Shown here: piece after piece, positions 27,529 to 41,773 of the stretch
How the letters are laid out: the number at the start of each line of letters is the position of its first letter
Position numbering within the stretch: the first letter of the stretch is position 1
Assembly: GCF_009914755.1 (NCBI RefSeq)
Contig: NC_060948.1
Strand: one strand, 5' to 3'
Source: the human T2T-CHM13v2.0 reference genome, Homo sapiens
DNA length: 64,000 nt
Position numbers and translations under genes: made by a program
Notes under the pieces: model-generated
The model's database searches: none
The model's input: the letters and a program-made list of their open reading frames with translations, nothing else
What the model was told of the DNA's origin: nothing

Positions 27529-30500
27529 GGCCTGGAATAAAGTGGAATGCTACGGTCTCGAATGGAATAAAAATGTATGGAATGGAATGCAATGAAACGG
27601 AATCGAATGTCATAGAATGTAATGGAATGCAAAAAAATGGAATCCAAAATCATTGACTGGAAAGGCTGGGTGTCGAAAGGAATTGACTCCAATGGAATGG
27701 AATCGAATGGAATGGAAGTGAATAGAATCGAACTAAATCGAATGGAATGGAATTGATAGGAACGGAATGGAAAGGAATGCAATGATTTGGCACGGAATGG
27801 AATCGAATGGCATCGAATGGAATGGAATGGAATGCAATGGAATGGAACGTATTAGAATGTAATGAACTTTAATGGAATGTACTCGAATGGAATCGACTGG
27901 AATGGAATGTTCTGGAAGTGAATGGACTCCAATGGAATGGATTCAAAAGGAATGGAATCGTACGGAATGGAATCTAATGGAATGGAATTAAATGGAAATG
28001 AATCAAATTGAATAGCATGGAATTGAATTGAATGGAATCGAATGCAATGGAATCTAATGAAACGGAAAGGAAAGGAATGGAATGGAATGGAATGGGCTGG
28101 AATGGAAAGGAATCGAAACGAATGGAATGGAATCGAACTGAAGAGACTGGAATGGAATGCACTGGAATGGAAGGGAGTGTAATGGAAGGTTCTCGAAAAA
28201 AATTTAATCGAATGGAATGGAATTGAATGGAACGGAATAGAGTCGAATGGAATTGAATGGAATGGAATGGACTAGAGTGAAATGGAATCGAACCACAAGG
28301 AATGGACAGGAATAGAATGGTCTCGAATTGAATGGAATCGTATGGAATGGCATCAAACGGAATGGAATGGACAGCCACGGAATGGAATGCACTCGAATGC
28401 AATGGAGTCGAAACTAATGGACTGGAATAGAATGGACTCGACTGGTACGGACTCCAATGGAATGGAATCGAATGGAAGGGAATCGAACGGAATGGACTCG
28501 AAGGGAAAAGACTGCAATGGAAAGGTCTCGAATGGAATGGAAATAAATGGAATGGAATGGAATCGAATGAAATGGAGTCAAAAGGAATGGAATCGAATGG
28601 CAAGAAATCGAATGTAATGGAATCGCAAGGAATTGATGTGAACGGAACGGAATGGAATGGAATCCAAAGGAATGGAATAGAATGGAATGGAATCGAATGG
28701 AAAGGACTCGAATGGAAATCACTCGAATAGAATGCAATTTAATAAAATAGGACCAAATGTAATGGAATGGAATGGAAAGGAATCGAAACGAAAGGAATGG
28801 AGACAGATGGAATGGAATGGAACAGAGAGCAATGGTATAGAATGGAATGGAATCATCTGGAATGGAATTGAATGGAATGGAATAATATGAAATGGAATGG
28901 AATGGAATGGAATGGAATGCCCTTGAATTAAATGGACTGGAATGGAATGGACTCGAACAGAGTGGAATGGAAAGTGTTGAGATAGAATGGAATGGACTCG
29001 TTTGGAATGGTCTAGTAGGCAATGCAATCGACTGGCAGGGAATCAAAAGGAATGTAATCGAATGGATTGGACTGGAATGCAATGGACTCGAATAGATTGC
29101 AAACGGAATGCAAAGGAATGGAATGGAATAGTATGGAATGGAATGGAAAGGAATGGAGTGGAATAGACTAGAGTGGAATGGAATGGACTGGAAAGAAATG
29201 GACTGGAATGGAAATTTCTTGAATGGACAGGAATCAAACGGAATGGAATGCAATGCAATCAAATGGCATGAAATAAAATAGAATGAAAGAGAATCAAATG
29301 GAATTGAATCGAATGGAATCGAATGGATTGGAAAGGAATAGAATGGAATGGAATGGAATTGACTCAAATGGAATGGACTAGAATGGAATGGATTCGAATG
29401 GAAGGCAAACGAATGGAATCTATTGGAATGGACTGTAATGGAATGGAATGGAAGGGATTGGAATGGACTCGAATGGAATGGACTGCAATAGAAAGGATTC
29501 CAATGGAATGAAAAAGAATTGAATGGAATAGAACAGAATGGAATCAAATCGAATGAAATGGAATGGAATAGAAAGGAATGGAATGAAATGGAATGGAAAG
29601 GATTCGAATGGAATGCAATCGAATGGAATGGAATCGAACGGAATGGAATAAAATGGAAGAAAACTGGCAAGAAATGGAATCGAAATGAATGGAGTGTTAT
29701 GGAACGGACTCAAAAGGAATTGAATGTAATAGAATGGAGTGGAGTAGACTCGAATATAATGGACTGGAATGGAATGAAATCACATGGAATGGGAACGAAT
29801 GGAATGGAATGGAAAGGAATGGAATCGAATGGAAAGGAATCGAATGGAAGGGAATGAAATTGAATCAACAGGAATGGAAGGGAATAGAATAGACGGTAAT
29901 GGAATGGACTCGAATAGAATGGACACGAATGCTCAAATTGAATGGACTCGAATGGAATGGAAACGAAAGGAATGTCATCGAATGGAATTGAATCGATTGG
30001 AATGAAATCGCATAGAATGGAGTGGAATCAAATGGAATTGAATCGAAAGGAAAGGAAGCGAATGGACTGAAATGAAATGGAATGGAATTGAATGGAAAGT
30101 AATGCAATGGAATAGAATGGAACGAAATTTCACGGAATGGAATCAAACTGAATGGAATCAAATCAATGGAATCTAATCAAATGGAATGGAAAGGAATTGA
30201 ATGGAGTAGATTGGATTGGATGGGATTGGAATGAAATGTACTGGAAAGGACTCGAATTTCATGAAACGGAATGGAATGAATTGGAACGGAATGGACTCGA
30301 ATGGAATGGAATGTCATGGAATGGCATCAAATGGAATGGCATCAAATGGAATGGAATCGAATGCAATGGAATGCTATGGAATGGAATGGAATGCATTGGA
30401 ATGGAATGTCCTCTAATGGAATGGATTCGAGTGGAATGGCATCAAACATAATGGAGTCGAATGAAATGGAATTGAAAAGAATGGGATCGAATACAATGGA

Positions 30501-31092
30501 ATATACTGGAATGTAATGTAATGAACTCGAATGTAATTGACTGGAATGGAATGTACATGAATGGAATGTAATCGAATGGAAAGTAATCCAATGGAATAGA
30601 ATCTAATGCAATAAAATCGACACAAATAGAGTAGAATGTAATGGAATGGAGTGCAGTGCAATGGAATGGAATGGAATGGAATGCAATGGAATGGAATGGA
30701 ATGGAATGGAATGGAATGGAATGGAATGGGATGGAATGGTATGGAATGGATAGTAATGGACTGGAGTGAAATGGACTGGAAAGGAATGGACTCAAATTGA
30801 AAGGGCTCGAAAGGAATGGAGTCAAATGGAATGGTCTGGAATGGAATGAACACGAATGTAATGCAATCCAATAGAATGGAATCGAATGGCATGGAATATA
30901 AAGAAATGGAATCGAAGAGAATGGAAACAAATGGAATGGAATTGAATGGAATGGAATTGAATGGAATGGGAACGAATGGAGTGAAATTGTATGCAGTAGA
31001 AGGGAATAGAATGGAATGCAAGCGAAAGGAAAGGAATGGATTGGAATGGAATGGAATTCATTGGAATGGAAGGGAATGTAGTGTAATGGACA
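27529..31092 (+). repeat. DYZ1 unit 8, 3564 bp (canonical length)
   Basis: GGCC at 27529; the homologous site at 31093 reads GGTC. Confidence 0.9.
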
Positions 31093-34000
31093 GGTCTGGA
31101 ATAAAGTGGAATGCTACGGTCTCGAATGGAATAAAAATGTATGGAATGGAATGCAATGAAACGGAATCGAATGTCATAGAATGTAATGGAATGCAAAAAA
31201 ATGGAATCCAAAATCATTGACTGGAAAGGCTGGGTGTCGAAAGGAATTGACTCCAATGGAATGGAATCGAATGGAATGGAAGTGAATAGAATCGAACTAA
31301 ATCGAATGGAATGGAATTGATAGGAACGGAATGGAAAGGAATGCAATGATTTGGCACGGAATGGAATCGAATGGCATCGAATGGAATGGAATGGAATGCA
31401 ATGGAATGGAACGTATTAGAATGTAATGAACTTTAATGGAATATACTCGAATGGATTCGACTGGAATGGAATGTTCTGGAAGTGAATGGACTCCAATGGA
31501 ATGGATTCAAAAGGAATGGAATCGTACGGAATGGAATCTAATGGAATGGAATTAAATATAAATGAATCAAATTGAATAGCATGGAATTGAATTGAATGGA
31601 ATGGAATGCAATGGAATCTAATGAAACGGAAAGGAAAGGAATGGAATGGAATGGAATGGGCTGGAATGGAAAGGAATCGAAACGAATGGAATGGAATCGA
31701 ACTGAAGAGACTGGAATGGAATGCACTGGAATGGAAGGGAGTGTAATGGAAGGTTCTCGAAAAAAATTTAATCGAATGGAATGGAATTGAATGGAACGGA
31801 ATAGAGTCGAATGGAATTGAATGGAATGGAATGGACTAGAGTGAAATGGAATCGAACCACAAGGAATGGACAGGAATAGAATGGTCTCGAATTGAATGGA
31901 ATCGTATGGAATGGCATCAAACGGAATGGAATGGACAGCCACGGAATGGAATGCACTCGAATGCAATGGAGTCGAAACTAATGGACTGGAATAGAATGGA
32001 CTCGACTGGTACGGACTCCAATGGAATGGAATCGAATGGAAGGGAATCGAACGGAATGGACTCGAAGGGAAAAGACTGCAATGGAAAGGTCTCGAATGGA
32101 ATGGAAATAAATGGAATGGAATGGAATCGAATGAAATGGAGTCAAAAGGAATGGAATCGAATGGCAAGAAATCGAATGTAATGGAATCGCAAGGAATTGA
32201 TGTGAACGGAACGGAATGGAATGGAATCCAAAGGAATGGAATAGAATGGAATGGAATCGAATGGAAAGGACTCGAATGGAAATCACTCGAATAGAATGCA
32301 ATTTAATAAAATAGGACCAAATGTAATGGAATGGAATGGAAAGGAATCGAAACGAAAGGAATGGAGACAGATGGAATGGAATGGAACAGAGAGCAATGGT
32401 ATAGAATGGAATGGAATCATCTGGAATGGAATTGAATGGAATGGAATAATATGAAATGGAATGGAATGGAATGGAATGGAATGCCCTTGAATTAAATGGA
32501 CTGGAATGGAATGGACTCGAACAGAGTGGAATGGAAAGTGTTGAGATAGAATGGAATGGACTCGTTTGGAATGGTCTAGTAGGCAATGCAATCGACTGGC
32601 AGGGAATCAAAAGGAATGTAATCGAATGGATTGGACTGGAATGCAATGGACTCGAATAGATTGCAAACGGAATGCAAAGGAATGGAATGGAATAGTATGG
32701 AATGGAATGGAAAGGAATGGAGTGGAATAGACTAGAGTGGAATGGAATGGACTGGAAAGAAATGGACTGGAATGGAAATTTCTTGAATGGACAGGAATCA
32801 AACGGAATGGAATGCAATGCAATCAAATGGCATGAAATAAAATAGAATGAAAGAGAATCAAATGGAATTGAATCGAATGGAATCGAATGGATTGGAAAGG
32901 AATAGAATGGAATGGAATGGAATTGACTCAAATGGAATGGACTAGAATGGAATGGATTCGAATGGAAGGCAAACGAATGGAATCTATTGGAATGGACTGT
33001 AATGGAATGGAATGGAAGGGATTGGAATGGACTCGAATGGAATGGACTGCAATAGAAAGGATTCGAATGGAATGAAAAAGAATTGAATGGAATAGAACAG
33101 AATGGAATCAAATCGAATGAAATGGAATGGAATAGAAAGGAATGGAATGAAATGGAATGGAAAGGATTCGAATGGAATGCAATCGAATGGAATGGAATCG
33201 AACGGAATGGAATAAAATGGAAGAAAACTGGCAAGAAATGGAATCGAAATGAATGGATGGTTATGGAACGGACTCAAAAGGAATTGAATGTAATAGAATG
33301 GAGTGGAGTAGACTCGAATATAATGGACTGGAATGGAATGAAATCACATGGAATGGGAACGAATGGAATGGAATGGAAAGGAATGGAATCGAATGGAAAG
33401 GAATCGAATGGAAGGGAATGAAATTGAATCAACAGGAATGGAAGGGAATAGAATAGACGGTAATGGAATGGACTCGAATTGAATGGACACGAATGCTCAA
33501 ATTGAATGGACTCGAATGGAATGGAAACGAAAGGAATGTCATCGAATGGAATTGAATCGATTGGAATGAAATCGCATAGAATGGAGTGGAATCAAATGGA
33601 ATTGAATCGAAAGGAAAGGAAGCGAATGGACTGAAATGAAATGGAATGGAATTGAATGGAAAGTAATGCAATGGAATAGAATGGAACGAAATTTCACGGA
33701 ATGGAATCAAACTGAATGGAATCAAATCAATGGAATCTAATCAAATGGAATGGAAAGGAATTGAATGGAGTAGATTGGATTGGATGGGATTGGAATGAAA
33801 TGTACTGGAAAGGACTCGAATTTCATGAAACGGAATGGAATGAATTGGAACGGAATGGACTCGAATGGAATGGAATGTCATGGAATGGCATCAAATGGAA
33901 TGGCATCAAATGGAATGGAATCGAATGCAATGGAATGCTATGGAATGGAATGGAATGCATTGGAATGGAATGTCCTCTAATGGAATGGATTCGAGTGGAA

Positions 34001-34656
34001 TGGCATCGAATATAATGGAGTCGAATGAAATGGAATTGAAAAGAATGGGATCGAATACAATGGAATATACTGGAATGTAATGTAATGAACTCGAATGTAA
34101 TTGACTGGAATGGAATGTACATGAATGGAATGTAATCGAATGGAAAGTAATCCAATGGAATAGAATCTAATGCAATAAAATCGACTCAAATAGAGTAGAA
34201 TGTAATGGAATGGAGTGCAGTGCAATGGAATGGAAAGGAATGGAATGCAATGGAATGGAATGGAATGGAATGGAATGGAATGGAATGGAATGGGATGGAA
34301 TGGTATGGAATGGATAGTAATGGACTGGAGTGAAATGGACTGGAAAGGAATGGACTCAAATTGAAAGGGCTCGAAAGGAATGGAGTCAAATGGAATGGTC
34401 TGGAATGGAATGAACACGAATGTAATGCAATCCAATAGAATGGAATCGAATGGCATGGAATATAAAGAAATGGAATCGAAGAGAATGGAAACAAATGGAA
34501 TGGAATTGAATGGAATGGAATTGAATGGAATGGGAACGAATGGAGTGAAATTGTATGCAGTAGAAGGGAATAGAATGGAATGCAAGAGAAAGGAAAGGAA
34601 TGGATTGGAATGGAATGGAATTCATTGGAATGGAAGGGAATGTAGTGTAATGGACA
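31093..34656 (+). repeat. DYZ1 unit 9, 3564 bp (canonical length)
   Basis: GGTC at 31093 to GGCC at 34657. Near-copy of unit 8. Confidence 0.9.
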
Positions 34657-37600
34657 GGCCTGGAATAAAGTGGAATGCTACGGTCTCGAATGGAATAAAA
34701 ATGTATGGAATGGAATGCAATGAAACGGAATCGAATGTCATAGAATGTAATGGAATGCAACAAAATGGAATCCAAAATCATTGACTGGAAAGGCTGGGTG
34801 TCGAAAGGAATTGACTCCAATGGAATGGAATCGAATGGAATGGAAGTGAATAGAATCGAACTAAATCGAATGGAATGGAATTGATAGGAACGGAATGGAA
34901 AGGAATGCAATGATTTGGCATGGAATGGAATCGAATGGCATCGAATGGAATGGAATGGAATGCAATGGAATGGAATGTATTAGAATGTAATGAACTTTAA
35001 TGGAATGTACTCGAATGGATTCGACTGGAATGGAATGTTCTGGAAGTGAATGGACTCCAATGGAATGGATTCAAAAGGAATGGAATCGTACGGAATGGAA
35101 TCCAATGGGATGGAATTAAATGGAAATGAATCAAATTGAATAGCACGGAATTGAATTGAATGGAATGGAATGCAATGGAATCTAATGAAACGGAAAGGAA
35201 AGGAATGGAATGGAATGGAATGGGCTGGAATGGAAAGGAATCGAAACGAATGGAATGGAATCGAACTGAAGAGACTGGAATGGAATGCACTGGAATGGAA
35301 GGGAGTGTAATGGAAGGTTCTCGAAAAAAATGGAATCGAATGGAATGGAATTGAATGGAACGGAATAGAGTCGAATGGAATTGAATGGAATGGAATGGAC
35401 TAGAGTGAAATGGAATCGAACCACAAGGAATGGACAGGAATAGAATGGTCTCGAATTGAATGGAATCGTATGGAATGGCATCAAACGGAATGGAATGGAC
35501 AGCCACGGAATGGAATGCACTCGAATGCAATGGAGTCGAAACTAATGGACTGGAGTAGAATGGACTCGACTGGTACGGACTCCAATGGAATGGAATCGAA
35601 TGGAAGGGAATCGAACGGAATGGACTCGAAGGGAAAAGACTGCAATGGAAAGGTCTCGAATGGAATGGAAATTAATGGAATGGAATGGAATCGACTGAAA
35701 TGGAGTCAAAAGGAATGGAATCGAATGGCAAGAAATCGAATGTAATGGAATCGCAAGGAATTGATGTGAACGGAACGGAATGGAATGGAATCCAAAGGAA
35801 TGGAATAGAATGGAATGGAATCGAATGGAAAGGACTCGAATGGAAATCACTCGAATAGAATGCAATTTAATAAAATAGGATCAAATGTAATGGAATGGAA
35901 TGGAAAGGAATCGAAACGAAAGGAATGGAGACAGATGGAATGGAATGGAACAGAGAGCAATGGTATAGAATGGAATGGAATCATCTGGAATGGAATTGAA
36001 TGGAATGGAATAATATGAAATGGAATGGAATGGAATGGAATGGAATGCCCTTGAATTAAATGGACTAGAATGGAATGGACTCGAACAGAGTGGAATGGAA
36101 AGTGTTGAGATAGAATGGAATGGACTCCTTTGGAATGGTGTAGTATGCAATGCAATCGACTGGCAGGGAATCAAAAGGAATGTAATGGAATGGATTGGAC
36201 TGGAATGCAATGGACTCGAATAGATTGGAAACGGAATGCAAAGGAATGGAATGGAATAGTATGGAATGGAATGGAAAGGAATGGAGTGGAATAGACTAGA
36301 GTGGAATGGAATGGACTGGAAAGCAATGGACTGGAATGGAACTTTCTTGAATGGACTGGAATCAAACGGAATGGAATGCAATGCAATCAAATGGCATGGA
36401 ATAAAATAGAATGAAAGAGAATCAAATGGAATTGAATCGAATGGAATCTAATGGATTGGAAAGGAATAGAATGGAATGGAATGGAATTGACTCAAATGGA
36501 ATGGACTAGAATGGAATGGATTCGAATGGAAGGCAAAGGAATGGAATCTATTGGAATGGACTGTAATGGAATGGAATGGAAGGGATTGGAATGGACTCGA
36601 ATGGAATGGACTGCAATAGAAAGGATTCGAATGGAATGAAAAAGAATTGAATGGAATAGAACAGAATGGAATCAAATCGAATGAAATGGAATGGAATAGA
36701 AAGGAATGGAATGAAATGGAATGGAAAGGATTCGAATGGAATGCAATCGAATGGAATGGAATCGAACGGAATGGAATAAAATGGAAGAAAACTGGCAAGA
36801 AATGGAATCGAAATGAATGGAGTGTTATGGAACGGACTCAAAAGGAATTGAATGTAATAGAATGGAGTGGAGTGGACTCGAATATAATGGACTGGAATGG
36901 AATGAAATCACATGGAATGGGAACGAATGGAATGGAATGGAAAGGAATGGAATCGAATGGAAAGGAATCGAATGGAAGGGAATGCAATTGAATCAACAGG
37001 AATGGAAGGGAATAGAATAGACGGTAATGGAATGGACTTGAATAGAATGGACACGAATGCTCAAATTGAATGGACTCGAATGGAATGGAAACGAAAGGAA
37101 TGTCATCGAATGGAATTGAATCGATTGGAATGAAATCGCATAGAATGGAGTGGAATCAAATGGAATTGAATCGAAAGGAAAGGAAGCGAATGGACTGAAA
37201 TGAAATGGAATGGAATTGAATGGAAAGTAATGCAATGGAATAGAATGGAACGAAATTTCACGGAATGGAATCAAACTGAATGGAATCAAATCAATGGAAT
37301 CAAATCAAATGGAATGGAAAGGAATTGAATGGAGTATATTGGATTGGATGGGATTGGAATGAAATGTACTGGAAAGGACTCGAATTTCATGAAACGGAAT
37401 GGAATGAATTAGAACGGAATGGACTCGAATGGAATGGAATGTCATGGAATGGCATCAAATGGAATGGCATCAAATGGAATGGAATAGAATGCAATGGAAT
37501 GCTAAGGAATGGAATGGAATGCATTGGAATGGAATGTCCTCTAATGGAATGGTTTCGAGTGGAATGGAATCGAATATAATGGAGTCGAATGAAATGGAAT

Positions 37601-38215
37601 TGGAAGGAATGGGATCGAATACAATGGAATATACTGGAATGTAATGTAATGAACTCGAATGTAATTGACTGGAATGGAATGTACATGAATGGAATGTAAT
37701 CGAATGGAAAGTAATCCAATGGAATAGAATCTAATGCAATAAAATCGACTCAGATAGAGTAGAATGTAATGGAATGGAGTGCAGTGCAATGGAATGGAAT
37801 GGAATGGAATGCAATGGAATGGAATGGAATGGAATGGAATGGAATGGAATGGGATGGAATGGTATGGAATGGACAGTAATGGACTGGAGTGAAATGGACT
37901 GGAAAGGAATGGACTCAAATTGAAAGGGCTCGAAAGGAATAGAGACAAATGGAATGGTCTGGAATGGAATGAACACGAATGTAATGCAATCCAATAGAAT
38001 GGAATCGAATGGCATGGAATATAAAGAAATGTAATCGAAGAGAATGGAAACAAATGGAATGGAATTGAATGGAATGGAATTGAATGGAATGGGAACGAAT
38101 GGAGTGAAATTGTATGCAGTAGAAGAGAATAGAATGGAATGCAAGCGAAAGGAAAGGAATGGATTAGAATGGAATGGAATTCATTGGAATGGAAGGGAAT
38201 GTAGTGTAATGGACA
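34657..38215 (+). repeat. DYZ1 unit 10, 3559 bp
   Basis: GGCC at 34657 and 38216. Confidence 0.9.
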
Positions 38216-41200
38216 GGCCTGGAATAAAGTGGAATGCTACGGTCTCGAATGGAATAAAAATGTATGGAATGGAATGCAATGAAACGGAATCGAATGTCAT
38301 AGAATGTAATGGAATGCAACAAAATGGAATCCAAAATCATTGACTGGAAAGGCTGGGTGTCGAAAGGAATTGACTCCAATGGAATGGAATCGAATGGAAT
38401 GGAAGTGAATAGAATCGAACTAAATCGAATGGAATGGAATTGATAGGAACGGAATGGAAAGGAATGCAATGATTTGGCATGGAATGGAATCGAATGGCAT
38501 CGAATGGAATGGAATGGAATGCAATGGAATGGAATGTATTAGAATGTAATGAACTTTAATGGAATGTACTCGAATGGATTCGACTGGAATGGAATGTTCT
38601 GGAAGTGAATGGACTCCAATGGAATGGATTCAAAAGGAATGGAATCGTACGGAATGGAATCCAATGGGATGGAATTAAATGGAAATGAATCAAATTGAAT
38701 AGCACGGAATTGAATTGAATGGAATGGAATGCAATGGAATCTAATGAAACGGAAAGGAAAGGAATGGAATGGAATGGAATGGGCTGGAATGGAAAGGAAT
38801 CGAAACGAATGGAATGGAATCGAACTGAAGAGACTGGAATGGAATGCACTGGAATGGAAGGGAGTGTAATGGAAGGTTCTCGAAAAAAATGGAATCGAAT
38901 GGAATGGAATTGAATGGAACGGAATAGAGTCGAATGGAATTCAATGGAATGGAATGGACTAGAGTGAAATGGAATCGAACCACAAGGAATGGACAGGAAT
39001 AGAATGGTCTCGAATTGAATGGGATCGTATGGAATGGCATCAAACGGAATGGAATGGACAGCCACGGAATGGAATGCACTCGAATGCAATGGAGTCGAAA
39101 CTAATGGACTGGAATAGAATGGACTCGACTGGTACGGACTCCAATGGAATGGAATCGAATGGAAGGGAATCGAACGGAATGGACTCGAAGGGAAAAGACT
39201 GCAATGGAAAGGTCTCGAATGGAATGGAAATTAATGGAATGGAATGGAATCGAATGAAATGGAGTCAAAAGGAATGGAATCGAATGGCAAGAAATCGAAT
39301 GTAATGGAATCGCAAGGAATTGATGTGAACGGAACGGAATGGAATGGAATCCAAAGGAATGGAATAGAATGGAATGGAATCGAATGGAAAGGACTCGAAT
39401 GGAAATCACTGGAATAGAATGCAATTTAATAAAATAGGATCAAATGTAATGGAATGGAATGGAAAGGAATCGAAATGAAAGGAATGGAGACAGATGGAAT
39501 GGAATGGAACAGAGAGCAATGGTATAGAATGGAATGGAATCATCTGGAATGGAATTGAATGGAGTGGAATAATATGAAATGGAATGGAATGGAATGGAAT
39601 GGAATGCCCTTGAATTAAATGGACTGGACTCGAACAGAGTGGAATGGAAAGTGTTGAGATAGAATGGAATGGACTCCTTTGGAATGGTGTAGTATGCAAT
39701 GCAATCGACTGGCATGGATTCAAAAGGAATGTAATGGAATGGATTGGACTGGAATGCAATGGACTCGAATAGATTGCAAACGGAATGCAAAGGAATGGAA
39801 TGGAATAGTATGGAATGGAATGGAAAGGAATGGAGTGGAATAGACTAGAGTGGAATGGAATGGACTGGAAAGCAATGGACTGGAATGGAACTTTCTTGAA
39901 TGGACTGGAATCAAACGGAATGGAATGCAATGCAATCAAATGGCATGGAATAAAATAGAATGAAAGAGAATCAAATGGAATTGAATCGAATGGAATCGAA
40001 TGGATTGGAAAGGAATAGAATGGAATGGAATGGAATTGACTCAAATGGAATGGACTAGAATGGAATGGATTCGAATGGAAGGCAAAGGAATGGAATCTAT
40101 TGGAATGGACTGTAATGGAATGGAATGGAAGGGATTGGAATGGACTCGAATGGAATGAACTGCAATAGAAAGATTCGAATGGAATGAAAAAGAATTGAAT
40201 GGAATAGAACAGAATGGAATCAAATCGAATGAAATGGAATGGAATAGAAAGGAATGGAATGAAATGGAATGGAAAGGATTCGAATGGAATGCAATCGAAT
40301 GGAATGGAATCGAACGGAATGGAATAAAATGGAAGAAAACAGGCAAGTAATGGAATCGAAAGGAATGGAGTGTTATGGAACGGACTCAAAAGGAATTGAA
40401 TGTAATAGAATGGAGTGGAGTGGACTCGAATATAATGGACTGGAATGGAATGAAATCACATGGAATGGGAACGAATGGAATGGAATGGAAAGGAATGGAA
40501 TCGAATGGAAAGGAATCGAATGGAAGGGAATGAAATTGAATCAACAGGAATGGAAGGGAATAGAATAGACGGTAATGGAATGGACTCGAATAGAATGCAC
40601 ACGAATGCTCAAATTGAATGGACTCGAATGGAATGGAAACGAAAGGAATGTCATCGAATGGAATTGAATCGATTGGAATGAAATCGCATAGAATGGAGTG
40701 GAATCAAATGGAATTGAATCGAAAGGAAAGGAAGCGAATGGACTGAAATGAAATGGAATGGAATTGAATGGAAAGTAATGCAATGGAATAGAATGGAACG
40801 AAATTTCACGGAATGGAATCAAACTGAATGGAATCAAATCAATGGAATCTAATCAAATGGAATGGAAAGGAATTGAATGGAGTAGATTGGATTGGATGGG
40901 ATTGGAATGAAATGTACTGGAAAGGACTCGAATTTCATGAAACGGAATGGAATGAATTGGAACGGAATGGACTCGAATGGAATGGAATGTCATGGAATGG
41001 CATCAAATGGAATGGCATCAAATGGAATGGAATCGAATGCAATGGAATGCTATGGAATGGAATGGAATGCATTGGAATGGAATGTCCTCTAATGGAATGG
41101 ATTCGAGTGGAATGGAATCGAATATAATGGAGTCGAATGAAATGGAATTGAAAGGAATGGGATCGAATACAATGGAATATACTGGAATGTAATGTAATGA

Positions 41201-41773
41201 ACTCGAATGTAATTGAATGGAATGGAATGTACATGAATGGAATGTAATCGAATGGAAAGTAATCCAATGGAATAGAATCTAATGCAATAAAATCGACTCA
41301 GATAGAGTAGAATGTAATGGAATGGAGTGCAGTGCAATGGAATGGAATGGAATGGAATGCAATTGAATGGAATGGAATGGAATGGAATGGAATGGAATGG
41401 AATGGAATGGGATGGAATGGTATGGAATGGATAGTAATGGACTGGAGTGAAATGGACTGGAAAGGAATGGACTCAAATTGAAAGGGCTCGAAAGGAATGG
41501 AGTCAAATGGAATGGTCTGGAATGGAATGAACACGAATGTAATGCAATCCAATAGAATGGAATCGAATGGCATGGAATATAAAGAAATGGAATCGAAGAG
41601 AATGGAAACAAATGGAATGGAATTGAGTGGAATGGAATTGAATGGAATGGGAACGAATGGAATGAAATTGTATGCAGTAGAAGGGAATAGAATGGAATGC
41701 AAGCGAAAGGAAAGGAATGGATTGGAATGGAATGGAATTCATTGGAATGGAAGGGAATGTAGTGTAATGGACA
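38216..41773 (+). repeat. DYZ1 unit 11, 3558 bp
   Basis: GGCC at 38216 and 41774. 10-bp deletion ~39625, 1-bp deletion ~40171, tract +5, extra EcoRI site at 38937. Confidence 0.9.

Noticed and set aside
28414-29670. Longest minus-strand ORF (418 aa; also 31978-33234, 21381-22607, 42713-43885)
   Set aside because: It arises only because the GGATCA>GGACCA variant removes one TGA and fuses two low-complexity ORFs. It is a haplotype marker, not a gene.
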